A stretch of 64,000 nucleotides of DNA from Candidatus Poseidoniaceae archaeon (GTDB lineage: Archaea; Thermoplasmatota; Poseidoniia; Poseidoniales; Poseidoniaceae): assembly GCA_049438185.1 (NCBI GenBank), contig JBMTJI010000006.1:10859-74858 (forward strand), in the 5' to 3' direction. Below, piece after piece: positions 1 to 9,426 of this stretch (positions are counted from its first letter, which is position 1; each line of letters starts with the position of its first letter). The notes beneath the pieces are model-generated. The model ran no database searches. It had not been told where the DNA came from and saw only the letters and a list, made by a program, of their open reading frames with translations. The translations under genes were made by a program, and so were the position numbers.

Positions 1-482
1 TCCGAATCAAGGATCGAATAGTAGCGCCTTTAGCCTCCATGACAACCATCCGTTGGGCGATTTGTGGTCAACTTCATCGTTCGACTCAACCGTTCTTGAA
101 CCATATTGTTCCGTCGTTTTTCGCGAATGCATACTATCGTTTGGCTGGATGCAAAATTGGAAAGAATGTGAACATCAATTCTTCCACAATCAACGATCCT
201 TCATTGGTTGAGTTGGGCGACAATGTCGTCGTCGGCGGAGGTGCAACCATCAATGGACACCTTGTCGAGAATGGTAATATTGTGCTTGAGAAGGTCATCG
301 TTGGAGCGAATTCTACCGTTGGTGGTGCAACCATGGTTGGTCCCGGTTCTCGAATTGGAGAGAATTGCATCTTAGGTAGTCGGGCTGTACTTCCGAAGCG
401 GAAGATCATTCCAGATGGCGAAGTTTGGGCGGGAATCCCCGCACGCTTCATCAAACATTCTCAATCGGACTCATCCAAGTGA
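1..482 (+). CDS. Hexapeptide-repeat (left-handed beta-helix) acyltransferase-like protein, 5'-truncated
   Basis: Hexapeptide repeats (CKIGKNVNI, ELGDNVVVG, VGANSTVG, IGENCILG) and a terminal WAGIPA motif; the frame is open to the left edge of the window. Confidence 0.75.
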   Translation, partial: RIKDRIVAPLASMTTIRWAICGQLHRSTQPFLNHIVPSFFANAYYRLAGCKIGKNVNINSSTINDPSLVELGDNVVVGGGATINGHLVENGNIVLEKVIVGANSTVGGATMVGPGSRIGENCILGSRAVLPKRKIIPDGEVWAGIPARFIKHSQSDSSK

Positions 483-919
483 TGCACGTACGTAGGAATG
501 CCTCGTTGATGTGCTTCATCTGCGACCACCTTTGTCCACTTGCTACCTTCGCTAAGGAATGCAAGGACGTGTGTTGCTGCTTCGAGGAGTTTTTTGGTCA
601 ATTCCAATGGTGCCTCATCTCGTCCAGAATCTTCGAGTCCTGGTCGTGGATTGTCCCAGAATTCATTGAACATGATGAACTCGATGTGATTGTTGGTTGC
701 CCAGCGTTCCGCAAGATAATCAACACCACTAGCCCCGCCAACAATTATTAGATCAGGATAGCCCTCAATTTCAATCCATTGATCCAGAATTTCTTCGATA
801 ACAGAGTAGTCGTAGAACCGACTTGAACCAGCAATAACGAGGTTGATGATTCGACCGTCGTTGTTCAAATCTTGTGCCCCAAGTCGCAAAAGTTTCGCCT
901 CGCCTGTTGCCCCGCTCAT
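461..919 (-). CDS. SLOG/YspA-like (DUF2493-like) nucleotide-binding protein
   Basis: IAGSSRFYDY, IVGGASGVDYLAERWA and AFLSEGSKWT motifs resemble the SLOG fold. Confidence 0.65.
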   Translation of the reverse strand: MSGATGEAKLLRLGAQDLNNDGRIINLVIAGSSRFYDYSVIEEILDQWIEIEGYPDLIIVGGASGVDYLAERWATNNHIEFIMFNEFWDNPRPGLEDSGRDEAPLELTKKLLEAATHVLAFLSEGSKWTKVVADEAHQRGIPTYVHHLDESD

Positions 920-1036
920 GTGGTACTATCACAATCCGTACGAATAAACCCTACGTTTTGTGAGCGTATTCGAAATTCCCGAGGGCAACTGTATTCAAGT
1001 GCCCGCGTCACCAGCATTCTATTGGGAGTGGACACT

Positions 1037-3394
1037 ATGGACGAGAAATCTTCTTCGGATTCAACAGTTCAACGCTCAGCATACCGTCAGCCGGTCACTG
1101 CAAAGGGACTCAAAGCGATTGAGGACGGGACATTGACTTGGCTTGATGACGAGATGTACAACAACCTGAACACAGGTGTTTTGGAACAATATCTCGAAGA
1201 GAAAAACCTCGATGAATCCTTCGAAGTATCGCATTGGTCTCCATCCAAAGTCATGATCGGAATTGCCATTGGTGCTATCTTCTCCGGTGTTACTGCATAT
1301 ATTGGACTGAAACTCGGACTTGCTATCTCCGCAGCATGGTACATTGCGTACTTGTTGGGTATGGCACTCAAGTGGTCACCTTCCGAAGTGAACATTGCGA
1401 CTTCTGCGACAACAGGTGCGACCCACGCATCCACGGGGTTCATTTTCACCTTCCCTGCAATCTTCTTGTTAGCATCGAAAGCTCAGTATTCACTTGCCGA
1501 TGGTCCGTTAATCACACTGGAGGATGGTGAAGCGTTCAGGCTTGCTTTCATTGCCATTGTCGCATCCATGTTCGCAGGTTTCCTTGGAGTGATGTATTTT
1601 ATCATCTTTCGACGTGTTTGGCTGGTTGAGGATCCTCTCCCACTACCTGGATTTGAAGCAACTTTGAAGATGCTAGATATTGCTTCTGACGTCAATACAG
1701 GTGCTGTCGAACACGCTCGTGAGTCACTGAAAACCATCGGGTTATGGACTGGAATCACGATGATTGGAATGTTCCTCATCGAATATCCCTTGATTTGGCT
1801 TTCCGATAAGAAACTCTCCGTTATGGATTATCTTGCAGAAACGTTACATGTCGGTGATGTTGGACTCGCCTCGTTTTACAGTGCAGGAAAAATCCACCAA
1901 CCATCTGGAATCTATGAAGATGGTTCGTCGAAAAAGTACACACAATGGTCAGAAGACAGCGCATGGAATCCTTTTGCTTACACCTATGTTGGTGTTGCAT
2001 TGACACCTTCCATGTTCGCCATTGGTTGGTTCATGAAAACACGTGTAGCGTTTTTGGTTAACCTCGGTACACTTGTCGGTTGGTTCTTCCTTGTTCCGCT
2101 TGCAGTGTTTGCAAATTTCCCTGTCTATGATGCAACCATGCAAGCCAACGTACCTATCCAAGCCTATGCGAGTGAAGGAGGTCAAGCCCTGCAGATGATC
2201 GCCTTTTCAAAGACGGTTCGAACCATTGCTATCGGTTCCATCGTCGGTGGTGGTATGTTTGGTCTGGCGAAAATGTGGCGAACGTTTGCGAACATCTTCA
2301 AGGACATTGGTGCAGCCTTCAAAGGGGAAGGTTCGCAAGAATACATGGAAGGTAAAGGCTGGTACGAATGGCCGCTTATGCACATTCCAATCTTCATGGG
2401 ACTGACCTTCCTCTCCATGATTCTCATCTTCTGGGTTGGTGGTTTCCCGATCGCCGCTGCAGTCATCTTTGCAACAGTCCTGATCATGACAACGTTCCTC
2501 TTGGGAGCGATTGCTGTACGTGTTATGGGTGAGACGGGTATTGAACCGGTTTCAGGAACCTCGTTCATTGTCCTGCTCATGCTTCTAGGTATCTTCCTCA
2601 ACTTCGATTCGGCTCTTGGACTGAATAAGCAAGATGCCGTCCTCCTCGGACTTGTTGGAACAACCGTTTTCGGATCAGCAATTTCAATGTCTGGAACGGT
2701 TATTGGAGACTACAAGAACAGCCTCTACATCGGTAACCGTCCGTACCACATTTCGAAAGGGAACATCATGGGTGTTGTCCCCGGAGCAATCATTGGTGCT
2801 GCCGTTGCTATCTTCCTCTCAATTCAGCTTGCTGAGGGTCGAATTGATTTGATTGCTCCACAAGCAAACGCCTTCGCAACCTTTTCGGTTATTTTCGCTG
2901 AAGGCCAAGGTGACTTGTACCTTCTCGGACTTGGCTTCCTCTTGGGAATGTTTGTTGAATGGGTTACTGGTATGGGTACTTCTTTCGGTCTTGGTATGTA
3001 CCTCGACGTTCCACATACGCTCCCAATGCTCATCGGTGGATACAGTCGTGACAAGTGGGAAGAGAAGAAACTCAAGCCAAAGATTGAGGCGATCAAGGCT
3101 GAGGAAGGAGCAACAGCTGCTGAGAAGAAGCGTGCGTTGATTCTCCTCAGCACCTTCATGGTCGCTGCTGGTCTCTTGACCGGTGAGGCATTCTTCGGAA
3201 CGGAATCCAGTATTCTCTCATTCATTGACACACTTGTGCCAGATCCGAACAGTTCGGGATGGTACATTGGTCGAATGGCAGGATTCATTGGACTCAACGT
3301 TGGAATCGGATGGATCATCTATGCTCTCTTCAAGCGAGCAGGTGTTATCGGTGCTCCACCGGTTATGGATGCTGAATTGGTCAACGAGTCGTGA
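1037..3394 (+). CDS. OPT-family oligopeptide transporter
   Basis: YIGLKLG, FIFTFPA, GETGIEPVSG and APQANAFA motifs; many TM segments. Start moved to ATG 1037. Confidence 0.85.
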   Translation: MDEKSSSDSTVQRSAYRQPVTAKGLKAIEDGTLTWLDDEMYNNLNTGVLEQYLEEKNLDESFEVSHWSPSKVMIGIAIGAIFSGVTAYIGLKLGLAISAAWYIAYLLGMALKWSPSEVNIATSATTGATHASTGFIFTFPAIFLLASKAQYSLADGPLITLEDGEAFRLAFIAIVASMFAGFLGVMYFIIFRRVWLVEDPLPLPGFEATLKMLDIASDVNTGAVEHARESLKTIGLWTGITMIGMFLIEYPLIWLSDKKLSVMDYLAETLHVGDVGLASFYSAGKIHQPSGIYEDGSSKKYTQWSEDSAWNPFAYTYVGVALTPSMFAIGWFMKTRVAFLVNLGTLVGWFFLVPLAVFANFPVYDATMQANVPIQAYASEGGQALQMIAFSKTVRTIAIGSIVGGGMFGLAKMWRTFANIFKDIGAAFKGEGSQEYMEGKGWYEWPLMHIPIFMGLTFLSMILIFWVGGFPIAAAVIFATVLIMTTFLLGAIAVRVMGETGIEPVSGTSFIVLLMLLGIFLNFDSALGLNKQDAVLLGLVGTTVFGSAISMSGTVIGDYKNSLYIGNRPYHISKGNIMGVVPGAIIGAAVAIFLSIQLAEGRIDLIAPQANAFATFSVIFAEGQGDLYLLGLGFLLGMFVEWVTGMGTSFGLGMYLDVPHTLPMLIGGYSRDKWEEKKLKPKIEAIKAEEGATAAEKKRALILLSTFMVAAGLLTGEAFFGTESSILSFIDTLVPDPNSSGWYIGRMAGFIGLNVGIGWIIYALFKRAGVIGAPPVMDAELVNES

Positions 3395-3399
3395 CCGTC

Positions 3400-4371
3400 A
3401 TGAGCAGCGGCACAGTCCCAGCACATGTCTGGCTGGTTCTCGGTGTTGCGATCTGCGGTGTTTCGAGTGCAGGTGCGATCTTTACACATGTTGACGAAAT
3501 ACCGCCCCTGTTGCGTGCTTCATGGCGTTTACAACTGACGGCTTTGATTCTTGCACCCCTAGCATTTTGGCAATTCAACCAAATTGATTCGGAGATTCAG
3601 TCGAAATTGTTTGATTTGTCCACGGCAAAAATCATTGTGGCAAGTGGAATCTTCTTGGCATTGCATTTTGGTTTCTGGGTAACTTCACTTGACTATACGT
3701 CCCTAACACACTCTCTATTGTTTGTAACGGCACATCCTCTCGTTATTTTGATAGGAATGTTCGTCTTTGTTCGGAAACCAAATCGATTGGAATTGGTTGG
3801 AGGAATTGCTGCATTCACAGGTGCAGCCATTTCAATGCTGGATGCTGGAGATGTCCAAGGTGACCGTTCTGTGACCTTCTTCGGCGATCAATTGGCCTTT
3901 TTCGGTGCAGTTTTTGTTGTAGGTTACATCGTCTGTGGCCGGATTCTCCGGGAATGGATGCCACTGTTTCTGTATGCCTTCCCCGTGACACTTATCGGAG
4001 GTCTTCTCCTTGTTCCCGCCTCATATCTTCTTGAATCGGATTACTCCAATTTTGGAGCGTTTGGATACCTGGGTCATGAAACGCTGGTTTGGTTTGTACT
4101 CCTTGCGTTCATCGCTGGAATTCTTGGCCACACTGGTTTGAACTATTGTCTGAAATATGTTTCTCCGCTGTTGATTTCGATCAGCGTAACGCTCGAACCA
4201 GTGCTTGGTTCACTCATCGGTTGGATGTTTTTCTCGACAGGAATCCCAGGTATGTGGACATGGATTGGTGGTCCCATCCTGATGCTTGGTATCATTTCCA
4301 TTGTGTATGGAGAACACCTAACGAATCAAACATTACTTGATAACAAAGGTCATGGAGAGGCGTTTGAATGA
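3400..4371 (+). CDS. DMT/EamA-family transporter
   Basis: About 10 TM segments; FLALHFGFWVTSL, GHTGLN and LEPV motifs. Confidence 0.85.
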   Translation: MSSGTVPAHVWLVLGVAICGVSSAGAIFTHVDEIPPLLRASWRLQLTALILAPLAFWQFNQIDSEIQSKLFDLSTAKIIVASGIFLALHFGFWVTSLDYTSLTHSLLFVTAHPLVILIGMFVFVRKPNRLELVGGIAAFTGAAISMLDAGDVQGDRSVTFFGDQLAFFGAVFVVGYIVCGRILREWMPLFLYAFPVTLIGGLLLVPASYLLESDYSNFGAFGYLGHETLVWFVLLAFIAGILGHTGLNYCLKYVSPLLISISVTLEPVLGSLIGWMFFSTGIPGMWTWIGGPILMLGIISIVYGEHLTNQTLLDNKGHGEAFE

Positions 4372-5345
4372 TGGAAGAAAAATGGGTTCTCTTGACCAAC
4401 GATGATGGAATTGAAGCCCCGGGCTTCGAACTTCTTGTCAAAGCTATGAACAAGGCAGGAATTCCAATCATTGCTTTTGCACCATCAGGGAACAAATCTG
4501 CCTGCAGTATGCAATTGAATCTCGGAACACCGATCGATCTTCACAATCGAAATGAATTGATTCACAAGTGGAGACTTGATGAATCGATTGGCGTTCATTT
4601 GTTTGCACTTGACGGTACACCATGTGACACGATGATTGTTGCTCTTGATGGAGGCCTCAATCATGTACTTCCAGAGATTCAACCCTCGCTCGTTCTTTCG
4701 GGGGTCAATCTCGGACCAAATCTTTCTCAGGATTCGTATCACAGTGGGACGATGGGTGCTGCCCGTGAAGCGGGTTTGTATGGCATTCCAGCGATTGCAA
4801 GTTCCTATACTTCATTTGACCCCGAAGGGATGCATGTTGGTATTGATGCGACTGTTGAACTTGTTCAACGTGTTCTACCTCTCGTTCCAAAAGTACCGCA
4901 GAACCTTTGTCGTCCTCACATTGATGCTCGTTCAAAACACGTCTCATCATGGCCAAATCCTGCAGTCGAACGTTCACAACGTGAAGCAGATCAACAACTC
5001 ATGAGCGCATTCCATCATGGAGAACTCATGCTGAATCTGAACGTTCCTCCAGAATGGAATGGTGCCTACCAAACAACCCGATTGGGAATGCGATGGTACC
5101 GAAATGCCGTTCAATTCGGAAAGGGTAAAGCAGGTTCAGTTGAATCGACCTTCACCATTGGAGCGGCTTATATCGATACGGAAACAGTCGACAATGGGGA
5201 TTGTGATTCGGTCGCATCTGGTTATGCAAGTATTTCCTCACTTCCAACGTGGCCACAGACGCATCCGCTTGCACTTGATGACGAATTACTCGCACATGCA
5301 CTTCGTGCTGACGAGACAGGACATCCGACTTGGTTCAGAGGTTGA
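4368..5345 (+). CDS. surE: 5'/3'-nucleotidase SurE
   Basis: LLTNDDG, GTPCD, SGVNLGPN and SGTMGAA motifs. Confidence 0.9.
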   Translation: MMEEKWVLLTNDDGIEAPGFELLVKAMNKAGIPIIAFAPSGNKSACSMQLNLGTPIDLHNRNELIHKWRLDESIGVHLFALDGTPCDTMIVALDGGLNHVLPEIQPSLVLSGVNLGPNLSQDSYHSGTMGAAREAGLYGIPAIASSYTSFDPEGMHVGIDATVELVQRVLPLVPKVPQNLCRPHIDARSKHVSSWPNPAVERSQREADQQLMSAFHHGELMLNLNVPPEWNGAYQTTRLGMRWYRNAVQFGKGKAGSVESTFTIGAAYIDTETVDNGDCDSVASGYASISSLPTWPQTHPLALDDELLAHALRADETGHPTWFRG

Positions 5346-5940
5346 GTTGAACGCCCTCATCAAGCAGGAAATGACAAATCGCTATTGCATGATGTCCTTG
5401 CAGCCAAGTTGTTCCGAGCGACCTGGCAATGCCTGCATCCACATCTAACGGCTGATCGTCCGAGAGTAAGAAGGCTATCGAATCTTCATTCGGTGTTGAT
5501 TGGATTGGAATTGCGCTTTCTTGTTTCCAGAGACGCTCAGCATCTGCATCGAGTCGTATCAATGTCGAATCCTTCCATTCAGCAATCGTATGGGACAGTT
5601 TACCGCCTCCATCGTAAAGACCCGGCGTACGCTCAACCCAGTGACCAATCGCTGGCAGAGGCTCTCGAATGGCTTTGGCAATCAGTCCAGCAACGCTTCG
5701 CTCCTCAGCATGAAAACCTCGAAGCTCGGAACCAACAAATTTCAATCGACGTTGCGCCCCTGGACCTCCTTGAAGATGGAGGACAACTTCCACATCCTCC
5801 CGTAGCCCATGCGAAGTCAACAAGGCGGACATAACGGCACGAATGAGCACATCCATTCGACCAGCACCTCCTGCAAGGTCGTTCAGGGGTAATTTCCCTT
5901 TGCTCATCGCTCGATGGCCAATGACAGCAAAACGTCGCAC
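5335..5940 (-). CDS. trmY: tRNA (pseudouridine54-N1)-methyltransferase (SPOUT)
   Basis: LNDLAGGAGRMDVL, SHGLREDV, ERS and SLG motifs; probable GTG start at 5940, immediately after the coaBC stop. Confidence 0.8.
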   Translation of the reverse strand: MRRFAVIGHRAMSKGKLPLNDLAGGAGRMDVLIRAVMSALLTSHGLREDVEVVLHLQGGPGAQRRLKFVGSELRGFHAEERSVAGLIAKAIREPLPAIGHWVERTPGLYDGGGKLSHTIAEWKDSTLIRLDADAERLWKQESAIPIQSTPNEDSIAFLLSDDQPLDVDAGIARSLGTTWLQGHHAIAICHFLLDEGVQLNL

Positions 5941-5941
5941 A

Positions 5942-7138
5942 TCAATCGCCTCGCTCGATGATGATCCGTAGTGCATCATTGAGGTCATCCTGTGTCTCAA
6001 GGACAAAATGACTTCCTTGCTTATCGACAAGGTATCCTCGAGGTTTTGATTGGTCACCAAGATCTTCCAATCGGTTTGCAACTACAGCGGTCATTTCAGA
6101 ATGTTCGATTTGAGCAGTTGCCCGATGAATTAAATCGCGTTGCTTGATTCCAGTTTCTAATTTGAATCCAATTCGTGTTGAACCTCGAACCTTTTCCTTC
6201 AATTCTTGAATGTGTTTTGCACCTTCAACGAGATTGACTTGCAGCGGTCCTTGTTGACTAGCCAACTTTCCTTCAGCAGGTGCTTCAACAACGTAATCAA
6301 GCACAGCAGCGGCATGAACCCATGCTTGAATCTCATCGTTTGCAAGCGCTTTCAGTTCTGAAAGCATTTCATCAGGCTGTTCTGCTTTGATGCAAAGGGG
6401 TAACCATGGTGGCTGGGCAATACTTGTTCTTCCAACAACACATGTCACATCGTGTCCGTATCGGTACAACTCATCTGCAAGAGCGTAACCTGTTGCTCCT
6501 GAGCTAGTGTTCTGCACACCACGTACATCATCGATTGGCGAGTAAGTTCCTCCAAGTGTAATCACGACATTCTTTCGATACGACAATTTTGAATTGATTC
6601 CATGAGCAAACCTGGCAACGATGTGTTCGTGACTCGGTGTCTTTCGCTTTCCTTCTTCTAGGTCGCCCCACATCACATCAATGCCTTCCTCGCGCAAACG
6701 GTCAACGATGTCATCGGTGACTGGATCATCGGCGAGGTCTGCATGCATGCTTGGAACCATCAGTACGTGGGTGTTTCGTGAACGTGCCGCGCTGAGTGCC
6801 ATTAACAGTGGTCCTTGCTGCATGCCATGCAGGTGAGCAGCAATTGTGTTCCGAGTTGCAGGCGCTACAAGAATTGCATCAACATCCTCAAGTTGTTTCA
6901 TGTCACCATCCCAATCGGTGATGACCTGGCATTGGCTTGCCCATTCAATGGCGAGTGGCGTAATGACACGTCGTGCACTTTCCGTCATGATCACCAGCAT
7001 CTCCGCCCCATGCCTTCGCATTTCACGTAGAAGTCGTACCGAATCAACTGCTGCGATTCCACCTGTGACGCCAACAAGTATACGCTTGCCAGCAAGGCTG
7101 GAGCCACGTATTTCTACGTCGGTATCACGGACGCTCAT
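5942..7138 (-). CDS. coaBC: Bifunctional phosphopantothenoylcysteine decarboxylase/ligase
   Basis: GVTGGIAA, APATRNTIA, PSMH, PIDDVR..NTSSG, AAVLDY and GFKLE motifs. Confidence 0.9.
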   Translation of the reverse strand: MSVRDTDVEIRGSSLAGKRILVGVTGGIAAVDSVRLLREMRRHGAEMLVIMTESARRVITPLAIEWASQCQVITDWDGDMKQLEDVDAILVAPATRNTIAAHLHGMQQGPLLMALSAARSRNTHVLMVPSMHADLADDPVTDDIVDRLREEGIDVMWGDLEEGKRKTPSHEHIVARFAHGINSKLSYRKNVVITLGGTYSPIDDVRGVQNTSSGATGYALADELYRYGHDVTCVVGRTSIAQPPWLPLCIKAEQPDEMLSELKALANDEIQAWVHAAAVLDYVVEAPAEGKLASQQGPLQVNLVEGAKHIQELKEKVRGSTRIGFKLETGIKQRDLIHRATAQIEHSEMTAVVANRLEDLGDQSKPRGYLVDKQGSHFVLETQDDLNDALRIIIERGD

Positions 7139-7216
7139 GCCCTTGCGAATGTATTGACCATCAAGACATCTTCGCTGTTCACAAGCCTTCATGAGCGGGT
7201 GATGATTCGACGATGT

Positions 7217-7858
7217 ATGGCAGGGAATCGAGGAGACGATATTGTCCTTGCTGGTTCGGGAGGACAGCGTGCCTCAGCAACGCTTTCAGCCATCTTCGAT
7301 CAAACCCATCGTAGCACATCCCTTATCTTAGCGATTGATAGCCTGATCATCGTTCTGTTAGCATTTGAATTTTCAACAATCGCACAGGTCTATTTCGGAC
7401 GTGGTGCAATACTCATCTGGGCTATACCTTTGTTCATAACGACATCAACATGGTTCTCGTATCGTTCTCGACGAAGTTGGGCATACTGGCCTGCAGCACT
7501 CATCATCGCCTTTGCATCGGTCATTTTCTTCCTGTTCTTCTTGGTCAATTTGTTCGCAGTCATTTCAGGTGCAGCGGGTGGTCTTCTGTTTATGCTCATC
7601 ATGGGTTATGCAGCATACAGTTCATTTCAACGTGTTCGATATCATTTCTCTCCTCTCTATAGACAAGGCTATACAACATTTATTCCAACGCCTGAAGCCG
7701 ATCTCGAGGATGGAGAAATGTTAGCTGCTTGTCCAAGTTGTATGGCAGTTCTCGCCATCCGACCCGATCTTCTCTCGCCTTCGGATTCATGTCCACACTG
7801 CAACAAACCACTTGTGAGTAAGGAACTTGCAAAACGTCATGGTTGGGAAGAGGAATAA
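7217..7858 (+). CDS. Membrane protein (about 4 TM) with C-terminal Zn-ribbon
   Basis: Hydrophobic helices followed by CPSC...CPHC; TTCATGAG box ends 21 nt before ATG 7217. Confidence 0.65.
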   Translation: MAGNRGDDIVLAGSGGQRASATLSAIFDQTHRSTSLILAIDSLIIVLLAFEFSTIAQVYFGRGAILIWAIPLFITTSTWFSYRSRRSWAYWPAALIIAFASVIFFLFFLVNLFAVISGAAGGLLFMLIMGYAAYSSFQRVRYHFSPLYRQGYTTFIPTPEADLEDGEMLAACPSCMAVLAIRPDLLSPSDSCPHCNKPLVSKELAKRHGWEEE

Positions 7859-7861
7859 GCC

Positions 7862-9391
7862 TCAACTCGAACAAGAAAGCATCGAGCATCCAACACGATG
7901 TCGTGCCCATTCAGGTCGTTTCTGGAACCATTGTTCCTCATGTTCCATTTGTTCCTTGTATGGCTTCTTGAGTAATTCGTATAGTGATTCAGCAATCGAA
8001 TAATCCCCTTTCTCTGCTGCATCGATAGCAAGTTGTGCCATCCAGTTACGGAGGACAAACTTTGGATTTGAAGCGAGCATTGCTTCTCGATTTGGTTGAC
8101 CGTTTGTTCGATCCCACCATTTTTGCAACCACTGATTCCATTCATCACGTGGAATGGTTGTTGGATCATAAAATGCAAACGCGAGGTGTTCGATGACTGG
8201 TTCTTCAAGCGTTGAGAGTAATCTGAAGAAAATAGTCATGTCCGTTTCGACCAACTGAAGGTTTGCGGTGAGTTCCTTAACAAGAAGTTCATCACCTTCC
8301 AAGAATTCATCGAAACCAAGTTTCCTCGACCACATGCTATTGTTTGCGCCCTCATATGCGCTGTAATAAGCGTCAAGACATTCGTACAATCGCTCCGGCT
8401 CTTCCATAAGAGGGGAAATCGATTCCAACAAACGAGCGAAATTCCAGGCACCTATCTGTGCCTGTTGGCCAAATCTGTACCTTCCTGTTCGTGCGTCAGT
8501 TGTATTTGGAGTCCAATTTGGATTAAAATCTTCAATCCAACCGTACGGACCATAATCGATGGTCAACCCATGGATGGACATGTTGTCGGTGTTCATGACA
8601 CCATGGACAAATCCGACCCGCATCCATTCCGATATCATGTGGGCGGTTTCTTCACCAACGTGCTTCAACCAATTCACCAAACCTTCATCACTGGTGGTCG
8701 TGTGATTTGGGAAGTGTTGTTTGACTGAAAAATCTACCAAGGTTCGCAGCGTGCTGACATCACCATTCATTGAATGGATTTGGTAGGAACCAAAACGAAG
8801 AAAACTCGGAGCGATTCGACAGACGATGGCTCCTTGTTCCGGAGCAGGATTCCCATCGTACATGACATCTCGAACCACATCCTCTCCAGTTGTGACAAGC
8901 GAGAGTGCCCGCGTGGTTGGGATTCCAAGATGATGCATTGCTTCGCTGCACAAAAACTCACGAATCGAGGATCGCAGTACAGCTTTGCCATCTGCAAATC
9001 GCGAGTATGGTGTTATCCCCGGTCCTTTCAATTGCAACTCAAGACGTTGCTTTCCAGTGTCCACCTCTCCTAATGTAATTGCACGTCCATCTCCAAGTTG
9101 ATTGGCCCAATTACCGAATTGATGTCCACCATACCGTTGTGCATAAGGATCCATTCCTTCAACGATTCGATTCCCGCCAAGAATGTCCGATGCATCAGGA
9201 TTGACGTTCAATTCCGTCGCCATCTCTTTGGACCACAGACGAAGAACTGGATCTGGAACCTGAGTAGGTTGAACACGAGACCAACATGCATGAGGAACTT
9301 GCCTTGGCTTTCCACCAATTTCTTGATCGCCAGGTGTACCCTGCAAAAAGTGATTGAACCACTTCAGTTCCGTAAACGAATCGGTTCCCAC
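7862..9391 (-). CDS. selO: Protein adenylyltransferase SelO (YdiU family)
   Basis: YGGHQFG..QLGDGRA, QLKG.G.TPYSR.ADG, GFVHGVMNTDN, IDYGPYG and C-terminal CSS; GTG start. Confidence 0.93.
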   Translation of the reverse strand: MGTDSFTELKWFNHFLQGTPGDQEIGGKPRQVPHACWSRVQPTQVPDPVLRLWSKEMATELNVNPDASDILGGNRIVEGMDPYAQRYGGHQFGNWANQLGDGRAITLGEVDTGKQRLELQLKGPGITPYSRFADGKAVLRSSIREFLCSEAMHHLGIPTTRALSLVTTGEDVVRDVMYDGNPAPEQGAIVCRIAPSFLRFGSYQIHSMNGDVSTLRTLVDFSVKQHFPNHTTTSDEGLVNWLKHVGEETAHMISEWMRVGFVHGVMNTDNMSIHGLTIDYGPYGWIEDFNPNWTPNTTDARTGRYRFGQQAQIGAWNFARLLESISPLMEEPERLYECLDAYYSAYEGANNSMWSRKLGFDEFLEGDELLVKELTANLQLVETDMTIFFRLLSTLEEPVIEHLAFAFYDPTTIPRDEWNQWLQKWWDRTNGQPNREAMLASNPKFVLRNWMAQLAIDAAEKGDYSIAESLYELLKKPYKEQMEHEEQWFQKRPEWARHRVGCSMLSCSS

Positions 9392-9426
9392 ATGTGTTTC
9401 AGAAGGCGATGCCTATTGAACTTGAT

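Noticed and set aside
7862..7864. Possible selenocysteine read-through at the SelO TGA
   Set aside because: The Sec-equivalent position is already Cys (CSS), and the TGA falls at the normal family C-terminus.
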